The notes below the pieces were generated by a model, which was not told the origin of the DNA, did not search any database, and saw only the letters and a program-made list of their open reading frames with translations. From Candidatus Margulisiibacteriota bacterium (GTDB taxonomy: Bacteria > Margulisbacteria > WOR-1 > XYC2-FULL-46-14), in the NCBI GenBank assembly GCA_042563095.1, contig JBHPMS010000002.1, positions 5,551 to 69,550 of the forward strand: 64,000 bases of DNA, read 5' to 3'. A program made the translations under genes and the position numbers. Numbering within the stretch: the first letter of the stretch is position 1; every line of letters begins with the position of its first letter. Positions 45,132 to 53,484 of the stretch are shown here, piece by piece.

Positions 45132-46160
45132 AAGTGTAAAGCGAGTCCCCTCTCCAACCTTTGATTTTACCTGAACGTCACCAGCATGTTCTTTAATAAT
45201 CTTGTAAGTAATCGCAAGCCCCAGCCCGGTTCCACTAGTTTTAGTAGAAAAGAAAGGATCAAAGATATTCTTTATCTTATCCTCTGGAATCCCCAGTCCG
45301 TTATCAAGTATATCAATCTTTACTTTTTCAGCTGCCTTTGAAGTTTTCACTTCTAGCTTACCCCCTTTTGGCATGGCCTGAATCGCATTTAATATGAAAT
45401 TGGTCATAACTTGCTTTATCTGCTGTTGGTCTAGATCCCGATTGGGGACCTCTCCCAGTTTCTTTTCTAATTTAATCCCTTTTTTCATCATTTCTGATTC
45501 AAAAAGTTTTAAAACGTGTTCTAATACTTCATTAATATTAAGTGGAGCTTTTTGCGGTGTTGGTGGCTTTGAATAAGTCAACAAATTTTGGACCAGCTTG
45601 TTGATCCGATCTAACTCTTTTGGCACGACCTTTTTAAAATCTTCCAGGGATTCTTTATCGTTATCCTTGATTGCACTTTCCAGTATCTGGGTCATCCCTT
45701 TGATTGACGCTAAAGGATTTTTGATCTCGTGTGCCATTCCGGCTGCAACTGTTCCAAGTGATGCCAATTTATCAGCATGGAGCAGGCGGGCCTGGGCCTC
45801 CATCATTTCTTCATGCAATTGTGCTTTCTGTATTGCAATAGCTAATTGATTAGAAAGGGTGTTTAAAAAAATCAAATCCTCTTCATCATACATCTCTTCA
45901 TCTTCTTTTGGGCCAAGCGTGAACAGGCCAATCATCTTTTCTTCGGTATTTAGCGGAACGCAAACTTCGCCCCCTGCCTTTTTAAGTTCATCCCATGCCC
46001 TGGTGTCTGGCCCTAGGCTCAACTCTTCAAGCAGAAATGCCCGCTTAGTCTTTTTTAAACACTCAACCAGTGCACTATCCTTTTTTATAATATTACTTCC
46101 TATTTCTAACACTAGCTGCTCCTCTAAAGTGATAATAGCACGCAAGTATTTTAACTGCAA
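45123..46160 (-). CDS. Cytoplasmic sensor histidine kinase (HisKA + HATPase_c)
   Basis: H-box AHEIKNPL, and an ATP lid DNGLGIPEDK...GTGLGLAI. There is no TM segment. It is convergent with, and overlaps, the NtrC-like regulator. Confidence 0.85.
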   Translation of the reverse strand: MQLKYLRAIITLEEQLVLEIGSNIIKKDSALVECLKKTKRAFLLEELSLGPDTRAWDELKKAGGEVCVPLNTEEKMIGLFTLGPKEDEEMYDEEDLIFLNTLSNQLAIAIQKAQLHEEMMEAQARLLHADKLASLGTVAAGMAHEIKNPLASIKGMTQILESAIKDNDKESLEDFKKVVPKELDRINKLVQNLLTYSKPPTPQKAPLNINEVLEHVLKLFESEMMKKGIKLEKKLGEVPNRDLDQQQIKQVMTNFILNAIQAMPKGGKLEVKTSKAAEKVKIDILDNGLGIPEDKIKNIFDPFFSTKTSGTGLGLAITYKIIKEHAGDVQVKSKVGEGTRFTLLF

Positions 46161-46191
46161 TCACGATAATAATAGTAAGGGTGATTTAAAT

Positions 46192-46260
46192 ATGCAAATA
46201 GAATATCTGGCAATTGGAATGATGATTGTGATTTGTGTTGCATTATTAGGGAGAGGTTAA
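46192..46260 (+). CDS. 22-aa hydrophobic micro-protein MQIEYLAIGMMIVICVALLGRG
   Basis: ATG preceded by AAGGGTGA. It is a single predicted TM helix. It is the first of two tandem small ORFs in the gap between the HK and the pilin operon. Confidence 0.3.
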   Translation: MQIEYLAIGMMIVICVALLGRG

Positions 46261-46283
46261 TAAAGTTAGGAGGTGGTTATTAG

Positions 46284-46352
46284 ATGCAAGCCCATTTTGC
46301 CTTCTTATTAGTTGCGATCATTTTCGGTTTCATGTTGTACAGTATCAAGTAA
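46284..46352 (+). CDS. 22-aa hydrophobic micro-protein MQAHFAFLLVAIIFGFMLYSIK
   Basis: A perfect SD AGGAGGTGG lies 7 nt upstream of the ATG. It is a single predicted TM helix. Confidence 0.35.
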   Translation: MQAHFAFLLVAIIFGFMLYSIK

Positions 46353-46354
46353 TG

Positions 46355-46690
46355 TTAATGTAAATGAGGATCAATTCGTTTATTATTATCTAAGTCTAGA
46401 TATGGAGTTGCATAAGGACAAACCGGCGCCCCCCTGGGAAAATAAACCTTACTGGCTTTTAATTCTTCTAAATCTGGATATTTTTGCCTCCCTTCAAATA
46501 AAAAAAAGCGTTCCCATTGCGCATTAATATTTTGAACATTTGCGTTACAAGTTCTCTGCTTTGCATGAGTAACAACGGTGGCATAATATAATAATCCAAT
46601 TGCCGCAATTGATAAAACAATTGCCATCGTGATTGAAAATTCAGCTAAGGTTATTGCTTGTTTAGATTTTATTTTGACGCAATACTTCAT
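46355..46690 (-). CDS. Pilin/pseudopilin-like protein with non-canonical prepilin motif
   Basis: 111 aa. ...KSKQA|ITLAEFSITMAIVLSIAAIGLL has Ala at -1 and Glu at +5. Downstream, AKQRTCNANVQNINAQ is homologous to ARQNSCNSNVASINEQ of the pilin at 1..1502. Confidence 0.5.
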   Translation of the reverse strand: MKYCVKIKSKQAITLAEFSITMAIVLSIAAIGLLYYATVVTHAKQRTCNANVQNINAQWERFFLFEGRQKYPDLEELKASKVYFPRGAPVCPYATPYLDLDNNKRIDPHLH

Positions 46691-47162
46691 AGAGTGCTAC
46701 TCCGGCAGAAACTGAGGCATTTAATGATGAGATTTTTCCTTTCATTGGAATTTTAACAAGACTATCACACCGTTGTTTAACTAAATGAGAGATCCCCTTC
46801 CCTTCGCTCCCAATCACCAGTGCAATTGGTAATTTTAAGTTAGCTGCAGTAATTTCAACTGCTCCTGAATTTTCTAATCCAATAACCTTGATTGCTTGAT
46901 TTTGCAACTTACGGATTACCTCTGCAATATTTGGCACACGGGCAATTTTAACCAGTTTAGCAGCACCGGTCGAAACTTTGATAACTGTATCGGTAACCTG
47001 CACCTGGCGGTTTTTGCGAATAATCAGACCATCAATCCCAACACACTCGGCCGTTCGCAAAATCGCACCAAAATTATGCGGATCTTCAATCCCGTCCAGG
47101 ATTAAAAGAAATGGATTTTTTAAAGGTTGTAAAAGATCATCGAGCTGAAGGTATTCAGACAT
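46662..47162 (-). CDS. TrmH/SpoU-family RNA 2'-O-methyltransferase
   Basis: 166 aa. ILDGIEDPHNFGAILRTAEC, and GSEGKGIS. Confidence 0.8.
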   Translation of the reverse strand: MSEYLQLDDLLQPLKNPFLLILDGIEDPHNFGAILRTAECVGIDGLIIRKNRQVQVTDTVIKVSTGAAKLVKIARVPNIAEVIRKLQNQAIKVIGLENSGAVEITAANLKLPIALVIGSEGKGISHLVKQRCDSLVKIPMKGKISSLNASVSAGVALYEVLRQNKI

Positions 47163-48354
47163 TACTCAATGCTTTTTCAAATATGGTAAGGGCACAATCA
47201 ATTTGCTCTTTAGTTACGATTAATGGCGGAACAAAGCGGATAACCGTTCCAGAACCACCGGTACTTATCAATACTAATTGATTATTTAAACAATCATCCA
47301 TAATTTTTCTTACAACAGTATTATCACCAAAGTCGACACCAAGCATTAAACCTTTGCCGCGCACCTCTTTTATTAATTTAGAATATTTTAATTGCAGCTT
47401 TAGGAGCCCCGACTTTAAATAATCCCCTAATTTTTGAGCATTCTCAAGTAATCCTTCTTCTTTAATAACCTCAATGGTTGCAAGCGCTGCTGCACAGTTA
47501 ACCGGATTTCCACCAAAAGTGCTCCCGTGCGAACCGGGCGACCATTTTTTCATCAGTGGTACTGAGGCAATTATCCCCCCCAGTGTAAAACCAGAAGCAA
47601 TTCCTTTGGCCATAGTAATAATGTCAGGAACAATGCGATAATGCTCCACCGCAAACCACTTACCGGTATGACCAAAGCCGGTCTGGACCTCATCAACAAT
47701 TAACAGGACCTTATGCTTATTGCATAGTATTCTTAGCCCGGCCATAAAATTACCAGAGGTTTCAATATATCCGCCTTCTCCACGGATCGGCTCAATGATT
47801 GCAGCAGCAATTCTATGCTCCTTTATTAATTTTTCAACTGAATCGAGATTATAGGGAGCAATATAGCATTCTGGTAATAAAGGTTCATAACCTTCACGAT
47901 ATTTCATTTTTGAAGTTGTAAGTGAAAGCCCCCCCATGGTACGGCCGTGAAAAGCCCCATGGAAAGCAATGATACCTGGCCTTTTGGTTGCGTATTTTGC
48001 TAATTTGATGGCTGCTTCAACCGCTTCTGATCCACTCTGACAACAAAAGAGCTGAGCGTTTGGCACGGGAGAAATATTTCTAATTTCTTCTCCCAGTTTG
48101 ATATAGGGCTCATATAATGCGACACCAATACAGATGTGGATTAATTTATTGATTTGATCGCAGGCAGCCCTGACTACTTTGGGATGGCAATGACCGGTAA
48201 CTGTTGTTGCGATCCCGGATGAAAAATCGAGATACTGCTTTCCGTCATTTCCGGTCAAATAGCAACCTTTTGCTGATTTAATTTCAAAATCCGAAAAGTA
48301 TAATCCTAACACCGGAGACAAAACTTTTTGCATGCGTTCTTTTAAATCGCCCAT
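47155..48354 (-). CDS. Class-III PLP aminotransferase (acetylornithine/GABA aminotransferase-like)
   Basis: LIVDEVQTGFGHTGKWFA, and the PLP lysine in TMAKGI. The start is set at MGDLKERMQ to avoid overlap with divergent rpmE. Confidence 0.8.
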   Translation of the reverse strand: MGDLKERMQKVLSPVLGLYFSDFEIKSAKGCYLTGNDGKQYLDFSSGIATTVTGHCHPKVVRAACDQINKLIHICIGVALYEPYIKLGEEIRNISPVPNAQLFCCQSGSEAVEAAIKLAKYATKRPGIIAFHGAFHGRTMGGLSLTTSKMKYREGYEPLLPECYIAPYNLDSVEKLIKEHRIAAAIIEPIRGEGGYIETSGNFMAGLRILCNKHKVLLIVDEVQTGFGHTGKWFAVEHYRIVPDIITMAKGIASGFTLGGIIASVPLMKKWSPGSHGSTFGGNPVNCAAALATIEVIKEEGLLENAQKLGDYLKSGLLKLQLKYSKLIKEVRGKGLMLGVDFGDNTVVRKIMDDCLNNQLVLISTGGSGTVIRFVPPLIVTKEQIDCALTIFEKALSNV

Positions 48355-48408
48355 TTTAGGATTATAGCATATTGCAGAGCTAATTAAATTTATGTTATAA
48401 TAAAACAA

Positions 48409-48696
48409 ATGAAAGAGAAAATACATCCAAAGTATTTTAATACAATTGCCACCTGCGCCTGCGGGGCAGAATATGATATTAATTCAAATAAAGAGACCGT
48501 AAGAATTGATATTTGTTCGGCCTGCCATCCACTCTTCACCGGTAAGCAAAAAATGCTTGATACCGAAGGCCGGGTCTCTAAATTTAAGAAAAAATATGCT
48601 GATGTTAAATCTAAAAAAATGGTCCGCCGGGTCTCAAAAAAGAAACTTACCGCCAGGAAAAAAACTGCAAAGAAAAAGCCCGCCAAAAAAAAGTAG
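48409..48696 (+). CDS. rpmE: Ribosomal protein L31 (Zn-ribbon type) with Lys-rich C-terminal extension
   Basis: CxCG...CSACHP zinc ligands, and a 30-aa K/R-rich tail. Confidence 0.9.
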   Translation: MKEKIHPKYFNTIATCACGAEYDINSNKETVRIDICSACHPLFTGKQKMLDTEGRVSKFKKKYADVKSKKMVRRVSKKKLTARKKTAKKKPAKKK

Positions 48697-48702
48697 CCTC
48701 TT

Positions 48703-49764
48703 ATGCTAGAAAACAAACTCTCTAAAGTGGAAGAGAGATACAAAGAATTGGAACAGCTTTTATCAAAGCCGGAAATTATTTCTGACCGTGAAAAATTTGA
48801 AAACTACTCCAGGGAGTTTTCTGAGCTTACTGAAATCGTTGCTCCTTATCGCCAAATAAAACAGATTAATAAAGAGCTTGAAGATTCCAAAGCCCTGTTA
48901 GAAGATCCTGAGATGGAAGAGTTAGCCAGAGCAGAGATTGAAAAACTGGATAACCGTAAGTCAAAAATAGAATCGGAGATAGAGATACTGTTATTGCCAA
49001 AAGACCCGAATGATTCAAAAAATATCATTATGGAAATCAGGAGCGGTACCGGCGGGGATGAGGCTGCGCTTTTTGCCGGGGAGCTTTTGAGAATGTATAT
49101 GCGGTTTGCCGAATCCAAGAGGTGGAAAATCGAATTTATCTCTACCAACTCGACCGGTTTGGGCGGTTATAAAGAAGCGATTTTTAGTATTAACGGAAAA
49201 GCCGCTTACAGCAAACTAAAATACGAAGGTGGAGTTCATCGAGTGCAGCGGGTTCCTGCAACCGAAGCGAGTGGCCGGGTGCATACCTCTGCTGCATCAG
49301 TTGCGGTTATGCCCGAAGCCGAAGACATTGATATTCCGATAGAAGCAAAAGATTTGAAGATCGATGCTTTTCGGTCAAGCGGTCCGGGGGGGCAAAATGT
49401 AAATAAAGTCAGTTCGGCAATTCGGATCACCCACTTGCCAACAGGGTTAGTAGTAGCCTGCCAGGAACAAAAATCACAGCATCAAAATAAGGAACAAGCA
49501 ATGAAGCTTTTAAAAACCAGGTTATTCGAAGCTAAAGAAGAAGAGCAGCGCAAAAAGAGAGCGAGCGAGCGTAAAATTATGGTCGGTTCGGGTGACCGTT
49601 CGGAAAAGATCAGGACCTATAACTTTCCACAGGGGCGCATCACAGACCATCGGATCGGATTTACAGTCCATAAACTGCAACAGATTTTAGACGGAGACCT
49701 GGATGAACTGATCGAAGCTTTGGCAACCGCTGATCGAGTGGCCAAGCTAGCAAAAATGAAATGA
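48703..49764 (+). CDS. prfA: Peptide chain release factor 1
   Basis: PxT-type RF1 with [19 protein letters not shown]. Confidence 0.95.
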   Translation: MLENKLSKVEERYKELEQLLSKPEIISDREKFENYSREFSELTEIVAPYRQIKQINKELEDSKALLEDPEMEELARAEIEKLDNRKSKIESEIEILLLPKDPNDSKNIIMEIRSGTGGDEAALFAGELLRMYMRFAESKRWKIEFISTNSTGLGGYKEAIFSINGKAAYSKLKYEGGVHRVQRVPATEASGRVHTSAASVAVMPEAEDIDIPIEAKDLKIDAFRSSGPGGQNVNKVSSAIRITHLPTGLVVACQEQKSQHQNKEQAMKLLKTRLFEAKEEEQRKKRASERKIMVGSGDRSEKIRTYNFPQGRITDHRIGFTVHKLQQILDGDLDELIEALATADRVAKLAKMK

Positions 49765-50405
49765 AACCACTGGCTTATGAACTTAAATCCCAACCATTTA
49801 TGGACTTTGATTTTTATGTTGACCAGAATGTGCTTATCCCCCGGCCGGAAACTGAACAGTTAGTTGAAAAAGCAATCGAAGAAATTAAAAATTTAAAATT
49901 AAAAATTAAAAACTTGGAGCTATTAGATCTTGGGACTGGATCGGGCTGTATTGCGGTCTCACTGGCAAAGTATTTTTCACATGTTAAAATTACGGCGGTT
50001 GATTCATCGCCGGATGCGCTTGCTGTTGCCAGGAAGAATGCAAAAATCCATAACGTTTATGATCGGATTGAGTTTATAGAAGGCAACCTGCTCGAACCTC
50101 TGGCCGGCCGGAAGTTTGATCTAATTATCAGTAATCCACCCTATATCCCAAGTAAAGATATTGAAACACTTGATTCTGGCGTCAAAGAGTGGGAACCGCG
50201 AAAAGCATTGGACGGCGGTGTTGATGGATTAGACTATATTCGTAAGCTTATTCAAGAAGGACCGGAATATTTAAACCCGGGCGGCATGCTTATTTTTGAA
50301 ATGGGTTATGGGCAGGCTGAAGCTATACGACGGCTATGCCCGGGAGTGGAAATAATAAAAGACTATGCAGGAATCGATAGAATCGCAATTAAAAGAGTCA
50401 GTTAG
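49761..50405 (+). CDS. prmC: Release-factor glutamine N5-methyltransferase PrmC (short form)
   Basis: VLIPRPETE, DLGTGSGCIA and NPPY motifs. It is 214 aa and lacks the usual roughly 70-aa N-terminal domain. Confidence 0.8.
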   Translation: MKPLAYELKSQPFMDFDFYVDQNVLIPRPETEQLVEKAIEEIKNLKLKIKNLELLDLGTGSGCIAVSLAKYFSHVKITAVDSSPDALAVARKNAKIHNVYDRIEFIEGNLLEPLAGRKFDLIISNPPYIPSKDIETLDSGVKEWEPRKALDGGVDGLDYIRKLIQEGPEYLNPGGMLIFEMGYGQAEAIRRLCPGVEIIKDYAGIDRIAIKRVS

Positions 50406-50916
50406 GATATTAAAAACCGGAGGAGTGATTATTTTCCCAACTGACACAGTCTACGGCATTGGTTGTGCGTATGATAATAAAGCAGGGATTGAGCGAATTT
50501 ATGAGATAAAGAAAAGACCGAAATATAAACCACTACAGATATTAATTTCAGATATTAAACAACTCGATGCTCTGGCAGCCGAAATCCCGGCTGCAGCTCA
50601 AGAATTGATGGAGAAGTATTGGCCGGGAGCGTTGACCCTGATACTCAAGACTAAGGGCCAAAGACTAAACACAATCGGGATCAGGATGCCAAATCATCCT
50701 ATTCCTTTACAAATAATAAAAGAACTCGGGAAACCATTAGCGGCAACCTCGGCCAATCTTTCCGGAGAGCCAGATCCCTCCTCCCCGGCTGAGATAACAA
50801 TAAAGGCTGATTATTTAATTGATGCTGGAAAGATTGAAAATCCACAAGCCTCCTCGGTGATTGATGTGACCTGTAATCCTCCAAAAATCCTCAGAAAAGG
50901 CCGGATCAAAATTTAA
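50365..50916 (+). CDS. tsaC: L-threonylcarbamoyladenylate synthase TsaC/YrdC
   Basis: IIFPTDTVYGIGC...KYWPGALTLIL...TSANLSGEP. Confidence 0.8.
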   Translation: MQESIESQLKESVRILKTGGVIIFPTDTVYGIGCAYDNKAGIERIYEIKKRPKYKPLQILISDIKQLDALAAEIPAAAQELMEKYWPGALTLILKTKGQRLNTIGIRMPNHPIPLQIIKELGKPLAATSANLSGEPDPSSPAEITIKADYLIDAGKIENPQASSVIDVTCNPPKILRKGRIKI

Positions 50917-50917
50917 A

Positions 50918-51085
50918 CTGAAATTTTTAGATTTATAGCAAGATAAATATGCGGGAATGGAGAAGGAGAAAAGGGTTTAAATAAATGTTTGGAACTGGAC
51001 CAATAACGTTAGCTGCAAGAATAAAAAGCAGTATTTGCCATAGCAACTACAAAGAAGGCGCTGGGGCTAATCCTCCAAAGCAAGG
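50918..51085. repeat. Direct repeat copy 1 (promoter region + RBS + first 28 codons), near-identical to 52225..52392
   Basis: CAAGATAAATATGCGGGAATGGAGAAGGAGAAAAGGGTTTAAATAAATGTTTGGAACTGGACCAATAACGTTAGCTGCAAGAATAAAAAGCAGTATTTGCCATAGCAACTACAAAGAAGGCG... has only a few mismatches against copy 2. Confidence 0.85.
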
Positions 51086-51530
51086 ATATTCTCTTCAGAT
51101 TGAGCATATTGAAAGCTTACGAGGAAAAGACTTTAGATTTGACCAGCTACGCAGAACCGCACTGGCAGAACTTATTATTAAACGAACTTTGATAGTTGAT
51201 GATGATCTGCTCGTTAGCAAATCAACTATGAGAATATTGAAATTGATCCTAAAAGATGCAGAAGTTGAAATAATAACCTGCGATCAGAATGAAGTTGATG
51301 AACATCTTAAGACCCAATTCGATCTGTTAATTACTGATTACGAAATGCCTGGAATGAATGGAGATGAAGTGATTAGAAAATACAAGGAATCAGGACAGGG
51401 AGGACTTATAATTGGCCATAGCGGGGATAGTGACAATCTTGACTTTTTTTATAAGGCAGGAGCAGACCTGGCCGGCGTAAAACCACTTTCGGTTAGTTTT
51501 TGGAAAAAGATATTCGGGTCAAGAGATTAA
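50985..51530 (+). CDS. Single-domain response regulator (CheY-like REC) with a 70-aa N-terminal leader (gene A of the REC operon)
   Basis: REC residues are intact: LIVDDD, phospho-acceptor DLLITDYEMPGMNG, IIGHSGD and GVKP. The N-terminal MFGTGPITLAARIKSSICHSNYKEGAGA is shared with gene C. Confidence 0.7.
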   Translation: MFGTGPITLAARIKSSICHSNYKEGAGANPPKQGYSLQIEHIESLRGKDFRFDQLRRTALAELIIKRTLIVDDDLLVSKSTMRILKLILKDAEVEIITCDQNEVDEHLKTQFDLLITDYEMPGMNGDEVIRKYKESGQGGLIIGHSGDSDNLDFFYKAGADLAGVKPLSVSFWKKIFGSRD

Positions 51531-51535
51531 GGAAG

Positions 51536-52201
51536 ATGTTATTCATAAGCGGGATCAGATACGGAATAACTGCTCAAAGGGTTAAACTTAGTCTTTTTAA
51601 AACCAGTCATTATTGTCCTTCACAATACGATAAGTGGTCTTTTCTGGGCAAACGGCAGAAGGTAAACGGCACCAACCACTATGTTATAGACAATATTCCG
51701 TTATTTGCAGAAAACAGCCGGCAAACAATCAAACAAATATCCAGAGACTTGCTATGGAGAACAACGTTTTTACTCCACTGCCAAAAAAAACATTTTTTTA
51801 TTAATCAAGGAAAACTTACAAATAGCGGAAAATTTGAGCTAGCCAATAAAGCCGCTAATTTGTTTTGTCCCTTAAAAATACCAGGAATCCCAAAAAGCAG
51901 TTCAATTTCTGAAGTCATTGAGGAGTTGTCTGAAGGATTAGAGCGTCAAATTGAAGCAGAGATTTTCAATTATCTGCTTAAGAAATTTCGGACTGTTTTT
52001 GGGGAAAAAACAGAAATAAGTAATATTCTAGCAATTGAAAAGGATGAAAAAGATATTTACTTTCTTCTTGAATTATCTTCTGATAATAAGGGCCTCCATC
52101 AGCATCGTTTTAAACTGGGCAATAATCATGGAATATTTTTTAGACTAACCTTAAATGAACAAAATCATAGTCTGCGACTGGATCAGGATAAAAAAATCTA
52201 G
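51536..52201 (+). CDS. Hypothetical protein (gene B), no recognisable motifs
   Basis: ATG 6 nt after gene A's stop, with an AAGGAAG RBS. 221 aa. Confidence 0.45.
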   Translation: MLFISGIRYGITAQRVKLSLFKTSHYCPSQYDKWSFLGKRQKVNGTNHYVIDNIPLFAENSRQTIKQISRDLLWRTTFLLHCQKKHFFINQGKLTNSGKFELANKAANLFCPLKIPGIPKSSSISEVIEELSEGLERQIEAEIFNYLLKKFRTVFGEKTEISNILAIEKDEKDIYFLLELSSDNKGLHQHRFKLGNNHGIFFRLTLNEQNHSLRLDQDKKI

Positions 52202-52224
52202 TTTTTCTTTTCCACTGTTTTTAC

Positions 52225-52392
52225 CTGAAATTTTTCTGATTTGTACAAGATAAATATGCGGCAATGGAGAAGGAGAAAAGGGGGTTAAATAAATGTTCAG
52301 AACCGGACCAACAACGTTAGCTGCAAGAATAAAAAGCAGTATTTGCCATAGCAACTTCAAAGAAGGCGGTGGAGCTAAGCCTGCAGCAAGGG
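52225..52392. repeat. Direct repeat copy 2
   Basis: See copy 1. The offset is 1307-1308 bp. Confidence 0.85.
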
Positions 52393-53483
52393 TATTCTTG
52401 GCTGATGCACATGGCGGGTATGAAATCAAAAAGGCGGTCGTTCTGGATAATGAAGTTGCATTTCAATCCGAAGCGCGGAGTATTTTGGCCCCCTATATTA
52501 AAGTGAACTGTTATGACTGTGATGCTGTAATGGAGGCCGCTGAATCCGGAAAGTCTGAAAACTGTCTCTATTTTATTAGCATTGATTTATTACTCGAAAA
52601 AAAAATTAATCTCAGTAAAAAAATTAAAGAACTCCGTAAACATTGGGGAAATAGCTCATACCTCATTGGCTTATCATCACGCAGTCCCCAATCATTAACA
52701 AGAGAAATCATTAAAGCAGGTTTTGATAGAATTATTAAAAAAATTGATTTCTCACAATCTGTTAAAAATGCTTTAAAGAATTGCCATGTTATCGATATGG
52801 GAGGAATTACTCCTGATCAGGTAATTGAGGAGCCAGTTTTAGTAAGGCATGATTCGGCAGACCCCCCCAGCATCTTCGCACGACCGATTACAACAAAAGC
52901 CTGCCAAATAACAGCAAAACAAAAAGAAAACAAAACAGTATATTTATATAAACTGGCGAGCGAAAAGGGGAAAAGCAGCAAGGCAAATGCCCCGCCTCCT
53001 ATAGAGGGGACAGTAGAATTTGAAAAATATAGTTCGAATCATGGTCTGGCAAACCGAATTCTTATTATAAGCCCGCCATCCGATAATAATTTAAGAAAAC
53101 AACTTAAACGAAGGTTTTCATTTGAACTTGGGAAAACTTTAAATGAAATCACCTTAACCCTGCTTGATTCGGCGGAGGAGCAGAAAGTAAATATCGTTTA
53201 TACTAATACCACAGATGAGTTAACGGGAGTTGTTTATCAGTTATCTTATGAGGAACGGCTGCCTGAGGTAATATTTGTCTATTCTAACCCCACTGTCGAA
53301 ATAAGCGGAACAGAAATGGTTAAACGTATCCGTGAATTAAAGAAGGAATGTTATATAATTGGCGTTGCTAAATGTCAAACCGACCCGGTCAAATTTTACA
53401 ATGCTGGAGCAGACCAAACCATATTCGAAGATAAGCTGCCTGAATTTATTAGACGTTTCTTTGTTGAAAAAAAGGAAGAGTAA
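52293..53483 (+). CDS. Leader-REC-linker-pseudoREC protein (gene C)
   Basis: It has the same 28-aa N-terminus as gene A. The REC at about residues 45-165 is VVLDNE...YFISIDLLL...LSS...IIKKI. The C-terminal REC-like fold has Tyr in place of the acceptor Asp (EVIFVYSNPTVEISGTEMVKRIRE...FEDKLP). Confidence 0.6.
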   Translation: MFRTGPTTLAARIKSSICHSNFKEGGGAKPAARVFLADAHGGYEIKKAVVLDNEVAFQSEARSILAPYIKVNCYDCDAVMEAAESGKSENCLYFISIDLLLEKKINLSKKIKELRKHWGNSSYLIGLSSRSPQSLTREIIKAGFDRIIKKIDFSQSVKNALKNCHVIDMGGITPDQVIEEPVLVRHDSADPPSIFARPITTKACQITAKQKENKTVYLYKLASEKGKSSKANAPPPIEGTVEFEKYSSNHGLANRILIISPPSDNNLRKQLKRRFSFELGKTLNEITLTLLDSAEEQKVNIVYTNTTDELTGVVYQLSYEERLPEVIFVYSNPTVEISGTEMVKRIRELKKECYIIGVAKCQTDPVKFYNAGADQTIFEDKLPEFIRRFFVEKKEE

Positions 53484-53484
53484 T

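Noticed and set aside
45859-46260. 133-aa ORF (+) antisense to the histidine kinase.
   Set aside because: It is spurious except for its last 22 codons, which coincide with the independently initiated micro-ORF at 46192..46260.
46312-46527. 71-aa ORF (+) overlapping the pilin-like gene.
   Set aside because: It is antisense to a gene with a clear pilin N-terminal motif, and has no RBS.
48390-48743. 117-aa ORF (-) overlapping rpmE.
   Set aside because: It is antisense to a clear L31 gene and its K/F-rich composition is an artefact of the poly-Lys tail read backwards.
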